Of a DNA stretch of 64,000 nt, positions 9,702 to 19,088 are shown one piece after another. The DNA lies in NCBI GenBank assembly GCA_040756875.1, contig JBFLYH010000001.1, positions 1,533,076-1,597,075 on the forward strand, written 5' to 3'. The translations under genes and the position numbers were made by a program. The notes under the pieces are model-generated. The model ran no database searches, was not told where the DNA came from, and was given only the letters and a program-made list of their open reading frames with translations. Source of the DNA: a candidate division FCPU426 bacterium. Its GTDB lineage: Bacteria > Oederibacteriota > JAAXVQ01 > JAUVAV01. Position 1 is the first letter of the stretch; each line of letters begins with the position of its first letter.

Positions 9702-10085
9702 TTAATGTTCCTCTAATTCAATGGCTTTCTGGCGGTAATAGGAATCCATGACCGCCTTGACTTCTGTGCGCAAGGCGTGTTCGCGGGCTTTGGAGGAAGC
9801 CTCGAATTTCATGCCGTACTGGTACATCAGCGGGCCGGCGTTCCGGACCCAGCGGACCATGCCGCGCACTTCCAGCGGTTCCCGGTTCTCCAGCGTGGGC
9901 AGAAAGATGGTAATGCGGTCGTTCACCTTGAGTTTCAAGGGCGATCGCAGCCCAATGCCATCCTCCGACAAGTTTTGTATATCCGCAAACACCGCCATGT
10001 GGATGTCCCCGGCCTCGGGCAGCACTTCGGTCCGGACCCGAAAAGCCGGTTTCACGCGCAAGGATCGTCTGCGTTCCTCGCCCAT
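9702..10085 (-). CDS. Stand-alone PilZ domain protein
   Basis: ERRRSLR, NLSEDG, GMVRW...YGMKF. GGAGG RBS. Confidence 0.9.
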   Translation of the reverse strand: MGEERRRSLRVKPAFRVRTEVLPEAGDIHMAVFADIQNLSEDGIGLRSPLKLKVNDRITIFLPTLENREPLEVRGMVRWVRNAGPLMYQYGMKFEASSKAREHALRTEVKAVMDSYYRQKAIELEEH

Positions 10086-10109
10086 GGAAACACCTCCGCT
10101 GACTGGCGC

Positions 10110-11273
10110 CTAGGCGGCCAGCTTCAGGATATCCGCGATCACCGGCGCGGTATAGCGCGCCATACCCCAGACTTCGGCTACGCGCCGGATATGCGGCACG
10201 ATCCGGGGAATGTCCTCAACGGCGATGCCGGCGGCAGGCAGCCGGGTGGGCGCGCCGCGCTCCTGGCACCAGGTTTCGAACGCCCGGATGCCGGCTTCAG
10301 CCCGCTCGGAAACCGAACCGGAATGCAGGCCGAACACCCGGCCGGCAAACTGCGCGTACTTTTCCGGCGCCTGACGGCTGGCATGGCGCATCCAGGCCGG
10401 GCCGACGATGGCCAGGCCCGCGCCGTGGGGCAGGTCGTACAGGGCGCTGAGCGGGTGCTCCAGCATGTGCATGGGAAAGCCGGTGTTGCCCGTACCGGCC
10501 TGGGTCAGGCCGTTCAAGGCCAGCGTGGCGCCCCACATCAGGCGGGCGCGGGCCGCATAGTGTTTGGGATCGCGGAGAGCCGCGTCCGCCGCTTCCAGCA
10601 GGGTCTGCACCAGGCCTTCGACCAGACGGTCCTGCAGCGGCAGATCGGGGTCCGAGCCGTTGAAGTACCCTTCCAGCAAATGGATGACCGCGTCCACGAC
10701 GCCGAACACGGTTTGATCGCGCGGCACGGTAAAGGTGTTCTCCGGATCCAGGATGGAAACCCGGGGGAACAGCGCCGGCCCGGACAAATGCAGTTTCTCC
10801 TGGGTGGCCTCGTTGGTCAGCACACCGCCGCTGTTCATCTCAGATCCCGTGGCTGCCAGCGTAAGCACGGTGGTCACGGGCGCCGCGTCCCCGACTTCGG
10901 CTTCGCCGGTAAAAAAATCCCACACGTCCCCCGCGTAGCGAGCGCCCGCGGCCACGGCTTTGGCCGTGTCGAGCACGCTCCCGCCGCCGACCGCCACGAC
11001 GGCGTCCAGCCCTTCCCGGCGGAAGCGGCCGATCGCCTCCCGGGCGAACACCAGCGTGGGATTGGGCCGGACGCCGCCCAGGTCCACCCATTCCACTCCG
11101 GCAGCCTTGAGGCTGTCCGTCACTTTGTCCAGCAACCCGGACCGCCGCGCGCTGCCCTGCCCCGAAAGCAGCAGCACCCGCCGGCCGAACGGCGCCGTCG
11201 CCTTGCCGATGCGGGGCGTGGTCCCGCGTCCGAAAATCACCTGTGTGGGATTATGGAATTCGAAAGGAAACAA
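10110..11273 (-). CDS. Iron-containing alcohol dehydrogenase (BdhA/YqhD-like)
   Basis: NPTQVIFG, GGGSVLD, TLAATGSE, HMLEH, HGAGLA motifs. Confidence 0.93.
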   Translation of the reverse strand: MFPFEFHNPTQVIFGRGTTPRIGKATAPFGRRVLLLSGQGSARRSGLLDKVTDSLKAAGVEWVDLGGVRPNPTLVFAREAIGRFRREGLDAVVAVGGGSVLDTAKAVAAGARYAGDVWDFFTGEAEVGDAAPVTTVLTLAATGSEMNSGGVLTNEATQEKLHLSGPALFPRVSILDPENTFTVPRDQTVFGVVDAVIHLLEGYFNGSDPDLPLQDRLVEGLVQTLLEAADAALRDPKHYAARARLMWGATLALNGLTQAGTGNTGFPMHMLEHPLSALYDLPHGAGLAIVGPAWMRHASRQAPEKYAQFAGRVFGLHSGSVSERAEAGIRAFETWCQERGAPTRLPAAGIAVEDIPRIVPHIRRVAEVWGMARYTAPVIADILKLAA

Positions 11274-11290
11274 AGGTCCTCCTTGCGCGC

Positions 11291-11596
11291 TCAGCCCTGT
11301 TCATCCAAATCGCGCACCCAGGCGCGCACATTCCGCTCCAGTTCCCGGGCGAGGACCCGCGGGTCCTCCCCCCCCTCTCCCAGTTCCCGGGCCAATGCGT
11401 CGCAGCCGGCCTGGAGGTTGACCTGCAAACTCCGGATCTGGCCCGGGCTTTGCGCCAGCCCCAATTGCAGGTGGGGATGCGGCGTGGACAAGAGCCGGTC
11501 CCAATCCGCCAGTTCCCGCAGCCGCCGGGCCAACTGCGGATCCCGCCGGGCCCGGTCCAGCAGCCGAAGACGGAACCGTCCGTTCGATTCGGGCAT
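11291..11596 (-). CDS. Hypothetical helical protein
   Basis: ORF fills the gap upstream of the Fe-ADH gene; AAGGAG RBS precedes ATG 11596. Confidence 0.6.
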   Translation of the reverse strand: MPESNGRFRLRLLDRARRDPQLARRLRELADWDRLLSTPHPHLQLGLAQSPGQIRSLQVNLQAGCDALARELGEGGEDPRVLARELERNVRAWVRDLDEQG

Positions 11597-11686
11597 ACGT
11601 GAAAGGCTCCTTGCCCCCACTATACCACCTGTCCGGTGATTGCCAAAGCGGGAATATCATTTGCAGGTTCACTCCGGGAAAAAGCC

Positions 11687-11716
11687 TTGACAGTGTTTTT
11701 GTCGCCTACATATAAT
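11687..11716 (+). promoter_or_regulatory. Sigma70-type promoter of the EF-G paralogue
   Basis: TTGACA-18 nt-TATAAT, perfect hexamers. Confidence 0.75.
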
Positions 11717-11809
11717 TTAGCCCTACTTGTTCCGTCTTCAACCATGCGCGGCCTATCTTTTCAAACGCCCGGTTGGACCGGGCGTTTCAACCTACCTCGG
11801 AGGGACGGC

Positions 11810-13900
11810 ATGCTGCAAAATTATCGGACCGAAAATATCCACAACCTTTTGATCGCCGGGCACGGCCAAACCGGCAAAACCTCGCTGACGGAATCCCTGC
11901 TGGTGGCAAGCGGCGCCCTGCCCGCGCCCGGGTCCGTGGATAAAGGCACGACGGTCTCCGATTTCGACGAGGAGGAAATCGCCCGAAAAATCTCGCTCAA
12001 ACTCTCGCTGGCCTTCGTCGAGCACCAGGGCCACAAGCTCAACCTGCTGGATGCGCCCGGATCCCCGGATTTCATCGGCGAATACCGCGCTGGATTGCAC
12101 GTCGTGGACGCCTGCCTGATCCTGGTGGATGCGGAGGCCGGGGTGCAGGTCGAGGCCGAAAAGCACGCGCGCTACGCCCAGGACTTCCAGGTTCCCAGGC
12201 TGGCCCTGGTCAACAAGCTGGACAAAGAGCACGCCAATTTCGACGCAGCGGTGGAATCGATCTCAAAAAAGTTCGGCAAGCCGGCAATTCCGGTCTGGCT
12301 GCCCCTGGGCCAGGGCGCGGCCTTTAAGGGCGCCATTGACCTCCTGCAGATGAAGGCCCTGACCTTCGAAGCCGGGGCCGCCAAACCGAAGGCGGGCGAC
12401 ATTCCGGCTGAAATGAAGGACGCGGCGGCCAAGGCCAAGGAAAAAGTAGTCGAAGCTGCGGCTGAAGGCGATGACCAGCTGACTGAAAAATTCCTCGAAG
12501 GCCAGGCTCTTTCCCCCGAGGAAATCGCGCGCGGGCTGGGCGAATCGGTCCGAGCCGGCAACTGCATTCCCGTCCTGTGCGGCGGAGGCAACTCCCCCGC
12601 CTGCGCCTCGGCCCTGCTGGACGTCCTGATCCAGCTCGTTCCCCATGCCGGGCTGCGGGCGGACGCCAAAGGCTTCAAGCCCGGGGCGCCGGACCAGCCT
12701 CTGACCCGGCCGCCGCGCGAAGACGCCCCCTTCTCGGCCTACGTCTTTAAAACTTTGATCGACCAGTACGCGGGCAAGTTCTCTTTCTTCCGCGTCATGT
12801 CCGGCAGCGTGGCCGCGGATCAGGACGTCTTCAATGTCAACCTGAACCGCAAGGAGCGGTTCAGCCACATCCTCAACCTCCAGGGGAAAAAGACGGTGGA
12901 AGTCCCCCGGGCCGTAGCCGGCGACATTGCGGTCGTCGCCAAACTGGAAAGCACGCTCAGCGGGCAGACCTTCGCCGACCCGGCCCAGCCCATTCAATAC
13001 CCGCCCCTGCACCTGCCCCAGGCCGTTTATTCCGTGGCCATCACCCCCAAGAAAAAAGGCGACGAGCAGAAACTCGCCACCGTGCTGGCCAAGCTTTGCG
13101 AAGAGGACCCCACCCTGAACTTCCACTTCGTTCCGGAGATCCAGCAATCCCTGCTGGCAGCCATGGGCGATATGCAAATTGAAATCACGCTGGCCAAACT
13201 GAAAAAGCGCTTCAACGTGGAAGTGGACCGGCAGGTGCCCCGCGTCCTGTATAAGGAAACCGTTCAGAAGCCGGGCAAAGGCCACCACAAGCATAAAAAG
13301 CAGACCGGCGGCCACGGCCAGTATGGCGAGGTGTACCTGGACATCATCCCGCTGGAGCGCGGGACGGGATATGTGTTCGAGGACAAGACCGTGGGCGGCA
13401 GCATCCCCCGCAGTTACATTCCCGGCGTTGAAAAAGGCGTCAAGGAGGCCTTACTGCGTGGCGTATTGGCCAAGTATCCGGTCATCGACGTGGGCATCAA
13501 GGTGGTGGACGGTTCCTACCACGACGTCGACTCTTCGGAAATGTCCTTCAAAATCGCAGGCCGCAAAGCCTTCTACGACGCCATGCAGAATTCCGGGCCG
13601 GTGCTGCTGGAACCGGTCATGAAAGTCGTTATCAACGCCTCGGATTCGTACATGGGCTCCGTCACCAGCGACCTGAACTCCCGCCGGGGCCGGGTCCTAT
13701 CCATGGGCACCGAGCAAATCGAAGCCCACGTGCCTCAGGCCGAACTGCTCACCTACAGCCTGGACCTCAAGGCCATGACCTCGGGCACGGCCTCTTTCGA
13801 GATGGAATTCTCTCACTATCAGCCCATTTCCGGCCGGATTGCGGAAAATGTCATCAAGGCTGCGGCCGCGCTGCATGGCGAGGAGAAAGAGGAAGAATAG
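11810..13900 (+). CDS. fusA: Elongation factor G-like protein (stand-alone EF-G2-type paralogue)
   Basis: GHGQTGKT, DAPG, NKLD, KKQTGGHGQYG, DGSYHDVDSSEMSF, LLEPVM. GGAGG RBS before ATG 11810. Not in an rpsL-rpsG-tuf context. Confidence 0.92.
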   Translation: MLQNYRTENIHNLLIAGHGQTGKTSLTESLLVASGALPAPGSVDKGTTVSDFDEEEIARKISLKLSLAFVEHQGHKLNLLDAPGSPDFIGEYRAGLHVVDACLILVDAEAGVQVEAEKHARYAQDFQVPRLALVNKLDKEHANFDAAVESISKKFGKPAIPVWLPLGQGAAFKGAIDLLQMKALTFEAGAAKPKAGDIPAEMKDAAAKAKEKVVEAAAEGDDQLTEKFLEGQALSPEEIARGLGESVRAGNCIPVLCGGGNSPACASALLDVLIQLVPHAGLRADAKGFKPGAPDQPLTRPPREDAPFSAYVFKTLIDQYAGKFSFFRVMSGSVAADQDVFNVNLNRKERFSHILNLQGKKTVEVPRAVAGDIAVVAKLESTLSGQTFADPAQPIQYPPLHLPQAVYSVAITPKKKGDEQKLATVLAKLCEEDPTLNFHFVPEIQQSLLAAMGDMQIEITLAKLKKRFNVEVDRQVPRVLYKETVQKPGKGHHKHKKQTGGHGQYGEVYLDIIPLERGTGYVFEDKTVGGSIPRSYIPGVEKGVKEALLRGVLAKYPVIDVGIKVVDGSYHDVDSSEMSFKIAGRKAFYDAMQNSGPVLLEPVMKVVINASDSYMGSVTSDLNSRRGRVLSMGTEQIEAHVPQAELLTYSLDLKAMTSGTASFEMEFSHYQPISGRIAENVIKAAAALHGEEKEEE

Positions 13901-13955
13901 GGATCAGAATGGAGCCCCCCAGGCATCGTCCGGAGGGGTCTGCGTTGCGGGGATA

Positions 13956-13998
13956 AATAAAAAAGCCGCGGGGCCTCAAGGTCCCGCGGCTTTTTATT
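13956..13998. terminator. Bidirectional intrinsic terminator
   Basis: AAAAAAGCCGCGGG-loop-CCCGCGGCTTTTT between convergent genes. Confidence 0.85.
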
Positions 13999-14004
13999 CG
14001 TTTT

Positions 14005-15015
14005 TTAGTTTGTGGCAGCCTGCCGCTTTCGTTGCGACTGGGTCGGATACGTGTGTTCGGCCTGACGTACGCAGTTGCGTCCCGCCCGCTTGGCCCGGTA
14101 CAGCGCTTTGTCCGCCTGATCCACCAATTCTTCGGACAAGTTTCCGTCGTCCGGGAAAGTGGCGGTGCCAATGGACACTGTCACGGGCAGCGGCAATCCC
14201 GGCGCCTTTCCCCCAAACTCCCGGTCCTTGAAATTGTTTTGCAGCCGAATGGCGAATTGCAGCGCCTCGGCGCGGTCGGTTTCAGGCAGAATCATGGCGA
14301 ATTCGTCGCCGCCGTAGCGGGCCACGACGTCCGCTTCCCGGCAGGAGGCTTTGAGGAAAGCCGCGATCTCCCGCAGCAGCAGGTCGCCGCGCATGTGCCC
14401 GAAATTATCGTTGTACGGCTTGAAGTAGTCCAAATCAATGAACAGGAGGCTGAATTGCCGGTGATACCGCTGGCAGCGGAGCAACTCCTCCCGCAGGTGT
14501 TCCTGAAAATAGCGGTGGTTGTACAGGCCCGTCAAGCCGTCTTCGTTCACAAACAGCAGCAGGCAGTCCAAATCCTTGGCCGGCAACAGGTGAAAGTCCT
14601 TGATGCGTCCGGAATGGTTGTCCATGTAATCCAGCACCGCCACCTTGATGCCGACATTGCGCCCGAGTTTCTCCGACATGAAATATTTGTGCACCAGGAT
14701 TTCATTCCAGAGCTGCTTGGCTTCGCCGGCTGAAAAGCGGTTGTGGGTCACGGCCTGCAGCAAATCGATGTAAAGGTCGTCCCCTTTGTTGCTGCGGAGC
14801 TTCTCCATGGAATCCCACAGCTCGCGGGATAAATGATGCTTGTCGCCCGCGAAATAATCCAACACCGCCGAATCCTTGGACATCCAGCGCACAAAATCCT
14901 TCATCTCCTGCAAACGAGCCATGGCCGGCTGGCAGGCCGGCGCATTCACCCGCAAGGCGGGTTTCACCGCTGGCGCTTCCTTTTCCGGCACGTGGGCTTT
15001 CCGACGTTTCACCAT
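14005..15015 (-). CDS. Diguanylate cyclase with unrecognised helical N-terminal domain
   Basis: DGLTGLYN, DLDYFK.YNDNFGH..GD, READ I-site, RYGGDEF. Start uncertain (15015-15057). Confidence 0.92.
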   Translation of the reverse strand: MVKRRKAHVPEKEAPAVKPALRVNAPACQPAMARLQEMKDFVRWMSKDSAVLDYFAGDKHHLSRELWDSMEKLRSNKGDDLYIDLLQAVTHNRFSAGEAKQLWNEILVHKYFMSEKLGRNVGIKVAVLDYMDNHSGRIKDFHLLPAKDLDCLLLFVNEDGLTGLYNHRYFQEHLREELLRCQRYHRQFSLLFIDLDYFKPYNDNFGHMRGDLLLREIAAFLKASCREADVVARYGGDEFAMILPETDRAEALQFAIRLQNNFKDREFGGKAPGLPLPVTVSIGTATFPDDGNLSEELVDQADKALYRAKRAGRNCVRQAEHTYPTQSQRKRQAATN

Positions 15016-15144
15016 GAATATCCGCCTCATCCAACGTTTTGCCGCTTCACCGAACACCCCGCAGCTTATTCAGGGCAGTTTATTATCTCACAACGCCGTC
15101 ACGCTGGCTATTTCTTAGACCCTGCGTCCGGCGTTTTATTTCCG

Positions 15145-15561
15145 TTATTTTTTACCGGCCTCGCGGATGGCCAGCATGCCGCCCTCCAGGTTGCGCAGGC
15201 GGGTGTACCCCTGGCTCTGCAGCCATTGGATGGCGCTGTGGGAACGCGAACCCGAGCGGCAGACCACCACCACTTCCCGGTCGCGGGGAATCTCCTCCAT
15301 GCGTTCGGAAATCTGTCCCAAAGGTATGTTGTGCGCGCTCGCCAGGGCGCCCAGCGGGCCCTGCAATTCCTCGGGTTCGCGGACATCCAGCAGGAAAGGA
15401 GCAGTGCCGGACTCCACGCGCGACAAATACTCGGAGGCAGTGATAACCGGTTTTAAGTCGTAACGCGGGGTTTCGCCCACCTGCGGGGCGCACCCTCCTC
15501 CGGCCCATGCTACCATGACTGCGATAACCGTCGCCGGGACCTGCCATGGTTTCGGAATCAT
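15145..15561 (-). CDS. Rhodanese-like domain lipoprotein
   Basis: LLDVREPEE, HNIPLG, VCRSGSRS, LEGG; hydrophobic N-terminus ending AGGGC. ATG overlaps the fprA stop (ATGA). Confidence 0.85.
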   Translation of the reverse strand: MIPKPWQVPATVIAVMVAWAGGGCAPQVGETPRYDLKPVITASEYLSRVESGTAPFLLDVREPEELQGPLGALASAHNIPLGQISERMEEIPRDREVVVVCRSGSRSHSAIQWLQSQGYTRLRNLEGGMLAIREAGKK

Positions 15562-16776
15562 GCCTTGGACCCCCCCTGGTTTTCCATCCTGATTTTTTCC
15601 CCCAGCATCCGGCCCAGGCTGCGGGCGGCTTCCATATCTTCGGTTTTGGGCGTGAATTTGACCTTCACGCCGGGAGCGGCTATCCTGAATTTGAGCGACT
15701 TGAATCGTTCCTCCAGCATGGGCACGGCCTCGCCGCTCCAGCCGTAGGAACCGAAAGCCGCCGCCCATTTGCCTTTCAGTTTCAAGGTGGCGAGGGAGGA
15801 CAGCAGGTCCCAAACCGGTTTGACCGCATCGCCATTGATGGTACATGACCCGACGGCCAAACCGTCGGCTGCTTCGATGCGGTCGAGCAAGCCGGGAATG
15901 TCGGTTTCCGTCAGATCATGCACCTCCGCGCGGATGCCGGCGGCTTGGGCGCCCTCGGCCACAGCCAGAGCCAGTTGCTTGGTCAGCCCGTAGGCGGAGA
16001 CGAAGAAAACCAGCAGGCTGCCGCCGGGAACCGGCGCCGGCAGCGAAGCCCACTCCTGGTACTGCTGCTGCGCCCGGGCGATGCCGCTGCGCAGCAAGGG
16101 CCCATGGCTGGGAGCGATCAGGGACAACGGCAGGCCGGCAATGGCCTGGAGGCCGTTGCGTACATGTTCCTTGAAAGGGCGGAAGATGTGGTCAAAATAA
16201 TACCGGAACGTCTGCAGGTAATCGCCAACCTGGTCATCGAACAGCGCTTCGTGGCAGAAATGCGCGCCGAAAAAATCGCATGAAAACAACACGCTGTCCT
16301 CGGGCAGATAAGTGAACATGGTGTCCGGCCAGTGCAGGAACGGCGCGGTAATGAACTGGAGGGTCTTGCCCCCCCAGATCCAGGCTGTCCCCGGTCCCGA
16401 CCAGGAGCGGATCCAAATCCTGGTTGGTCAGCTCCTGAAGAAACGTGCGGGCATTTTTCGAAACCACCACGCGCGCGCGCGGCATGCGCTCCAAGGCCGC
16501 CAGATACGCTCCGGAATGGTCAGGCTCCAGATGGTTCCCCACCAGATAATCGATCCGGTCCAGCGGCACGAGGGATTCCAGCCGGTCGAGCCATTCCTGG
16601 GAAAAACCGGCTTTCACGCCGTCGATGAGGGCGGTTTTATCCCGCCCCTGCACCAGATACGCATTGTACGTGGTCCCACGCTCGGTGCGCATGATGATAT
16701 CGAAAACGCGGAGGTTGGGATTCAGAGCACCCACCCAGGAAACGCCCGGAGCAAGCGTAACGGTTGTGTTCGGCAT
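15558..16776 (-). pseudogene. fprA: Flavodiiron protein (FprA), split by a +1 frameshift or sequencing error
   Basis: N-half (GTTYNAYL, NHLEPDHSG) and C-half (CDFFGAH, APSHG, flavodoxin domain FGSYGWSGEA) lie in different frames. Deleting one base of the C7 run at 16369-16375 restores DLGGKTLQFITAPFLHWPDTMF. Confidence 0.9.
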
Positions 16777-16790
16777 GACGACCATCCTTT

Positions 16791-18029
16791 CTACTTCACG
16801 GCCGGGTCCTGATAACCTGGCAGGCGTGTAAAGTCGAATCCTTCCTGAAACAGGTTTTCCTCGAATCCGGTGATTTTCACCCGCCGTTCGATCAAGCGGC
16901 GCAGCGCGTTCACGTTGGTGGTGCGCCCGATCTGTAGCGAACCCGCCAGCCGTTCCTCGCGGACAAACAGTTTCATGAGCCAGCCCGCCGCCGGATCGCT
17001 GTGGGATAAAAGGGTGGCGCCTTCGGGACGTATATCGCCTTGGGACCACAGATCGATTCCAGCCACCTTCAATTTTGTGGCCAGCACCACGCCCGGATAG
17101 GCTTCCCCGCGGCCCGCGGCATTGCGTCCCGCCACATTGCCCATGGCCTGGGCCACATTCCACAATCCGGCCACTCCGCCCCGCCACTCAGCGAGATCGC
17201 CAGCCGCCCAAATATCCGGAAGGCTGGCCGCCAGGTGATCGTCCACTTCGACCCCGCGTTTTCCCAGGCGCAACCCTGCCGCCCGCGCGATTTCAACGTT
17301 GGGCAGGATACCCGCGGACACGAGCGCCAAGTCCGCCAGCAGTTTCAGGCCGCTGTCGAGTTCGAGCCGCACGCCGCCGGCGTCGGATTCGACCCCGCGG
17401 ACGCGCGCCCCGAGGTGAAATTCAAACCCCAACGGCAGCAATTTTTTAAGCAGCAGCGCCGAGCCTTCCTCATCCACCTGCCGGGGAAGCAGGCGCGGTT
17501 CCACTTCAATTACCGTTACTTTCAAACCCAGGCGGGTCAAGGCATAACCGGCTTCCAGCCCCAGCAACCCCCCTCCAATCAGGAGGGCGCTGCGCTGCCC
17601 CAGGGCTTGCTGACGCAGGGCCAGGGCGTCGTCCAGGGTGCGGAGAACGAAAGCTTTCGGCGTCGGCAATCCGGCTATGGGCGGCAAGGACGCTTGCGCG
17701 CCGGTTGCCAGAATCAGGCGTTCGTAAGCGAGGTCGGAACCCGTGTCCAGCTTAAGATTTTTTTCCGCGGGATTGAGCGCCACGACAGTCTGCCGCAGCT
17801 GCAGGGTGATGCGTTGTTCCCGGTACCAGTTCTCCGGATAAAGGCAAATATCCGGACCCTGCACCATACCGGCCACCACTTCGGGCAGGCGGGGCCGCGA
17901 GTAGCACGCATACGGTTCGCGGGAGATGAGCGTAACCGGCGTCTCGCGGTCCAACTCCCGAAACGCCTTGGCCGCCGCAGTCCCGGCCGGGCCAGAGCCC
18001 ACGATCACCAAGCCCGGGCCGGCGGCCAT
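16791..18029 (-). CDS. FAD-dependent NAD(P)H oxidoreductase (NADH:rubredoxin oxidoreductase-like)
   Basis: GSGPAG, YSRPRL, LILATGA, GGGLLGLE, AAGD motifs; operon context. Confidence 0.88.
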   Translation of the reverse strand: MAAGPGLVIVGSGPAGTAAAKAFRELDRETPVTLISREPYACYSRPRLPEVVAGMVQGPDICLYPENWYREQRITLQLRQTVVALNPAEKNLKLDTGSDLAYERLILATGAQASLPPIAGLPTPKAFVLRTLDDALALRQQALGQRSALLIGGGLLGLEAGYALTRLGLKVTVIEVEPRLLPRQVDEEGSALLLKKLLPLGFEFHLGARVRGVESDAGGVRLELDSGLKLLADLALVSAGILPNVEIARAAGLRLGKRGVEVDDHLAASLPDIWAAGDLAEWRGGVAGLWNVAQAMGNVAGRNAAGRGEAYPGVVLATKLKVAGIDLWSQGDIRPEGATLLSHSDPAAGWLMKLFVREERLAGSLQIGRTTNVNALRRLIERRVKITGFEENLFQEGFDFTRLPGYQDPAVK

Positions 18030-18034
18030 ACGAA

Positions 18035-18613
18035 TTAATAATTCTCGCCGAGGACTTCGAAGTACTTCTGGGGATGCCTGCAGGCTGGGCAGGTCATCGG
18101 CGCTTCCGTGCCTTCATGGATGAATCCGCAGTTGCGGCATTTCCACCGCACGGGCTGGAGTTTCTTGAACACCTGCCCCTGCTCCACGTTGGCCAGCAGC
18201 TTCCGGTAACGCTGTTCATGGGCGTTCTCGACCTTGGAGATGTTCTCAAAGGTTTCGGCCACTTCGGTGAACCCTTCCTGCCGGGCGACCACGGCCGCCT
18301 CGGGATAAAGTTTCGACCATTCCTCATGCTCACCAGCAGCCGCGGCTTTCAAGTTTTCCGCGGTCGTTCCAATCACACCTGCCGGATAAGTGGCTGTGAT
18401 TTCCACCATGCCGCCTTCCAAGTGCTTGAAAAAACGCTTGGCGTGTTCGCGTTCGTTCTCGGCCGTCTCCAGAAACAATTCGGCAATCTGCAGATAGCCT
18501 TCCTTTTCCGCCACGCCGGCGGCGTAGGTATATCGGTTTCGAGCCTGCGATTCGCCGGCAAAAGCCGCCAGCAAATTCTTTTCGGTTTTGGTTCCCTTTA
18601 CGCTCTTGCTCAT
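18035..18613 (-). CDS. rbr: Rubrerythrin
   Basis: AFAGESQARNRY, ENEREHA, VENAHE and C-terminal CRNC...CPAC rubredoxin-like domain. Confidence 0.96.
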   Translation of the reverse strand: MSKSVKGTKTEKNLLAAFAGESQARNRYTYAAGVAEKEGYLQIAELFLETAENEREHAKRFFKHLEGGMVEITATYPAGVIGTTAENLKAAAAGEHEEWSKLYPEAAVVARQEGFTEVAETFENISKVENAHEQRYRKLLANVEQGQVFKKLQPVRWKCRNCGFIHEGTEAPMTCPACRHPQKYFEVLGENY

Positions 18614-19029
18614 GCCTTGCCTCCTGCCATAGATTCCGGGTCCTGCCCCTTGCACGCGGGACACTGTCCGATCAAATCAATGTACGAACGCTCAATGCGA
18701 TAACCGGCCTCCTGCAAATGAGCTGGCAACCGGCAGCAATTTTTCTCCAGCAGCGGGATATCCTCGACCCGGCCGCACTGGCGACAGTAGAAATGCGCAT
18801 GCGGTTCCAGATGCGCTTCATAGCGTGCTTCGCGCGGATCAAGATGCAGACAGCGCAGGCGACCCTGTTGCTCCAGGATTTCCAGATTGCGGTACACAGT
18901 TCCCAGGGAGATATGAGGATGTTCCCGGCGCAATCCTGAATAAATAGCCGCAGCAGTGGGATGATCCCATCGTTGGGAAAGATGGTTGATTATGGTTTTA
19001 CGCTGGCTGCTTTCGCGATAAACCGGCAT
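18610..19029 (-). CDS. perR: Fur-family regulator, PerR-like
   Basis: HPTA, SLGTVYRNL, HAHFYCRQC, CPAC; heads the rbr operon. Confidence 0.88.
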   Translation of the reverse strand: MPVYRESSQRKTIINHLSQRWDHPTAAAIYSGLRREHPHISLGTVYRNLEILEQQGRLRCLHLDPREARYEAHLEPHAHFYCRQCGRVEDIPLLEKNCCRLPAHLQEAGYRIERSYIDLIGQCPACKGQDPESMAGGKA

Positions 19030-19042
19030 CTTAAATCCTTAT

Positions 19043-19086
19043 CGATAATCATTATTAATGATATACAAAAACAAAATTCGCGTCAA
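19043..19086 (-). promoter_or_regulatory. Promoter with overlapping PerR/Fur box
   Basis: Minus-strand TTGACG-17 nt-TATCAT, followed directly by the dyad GATAAT-C-ATTATT (19044-19056), resembling Fur/PerR operators. Confidence 0.75.
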
Positions 19087-19088
19087 TA

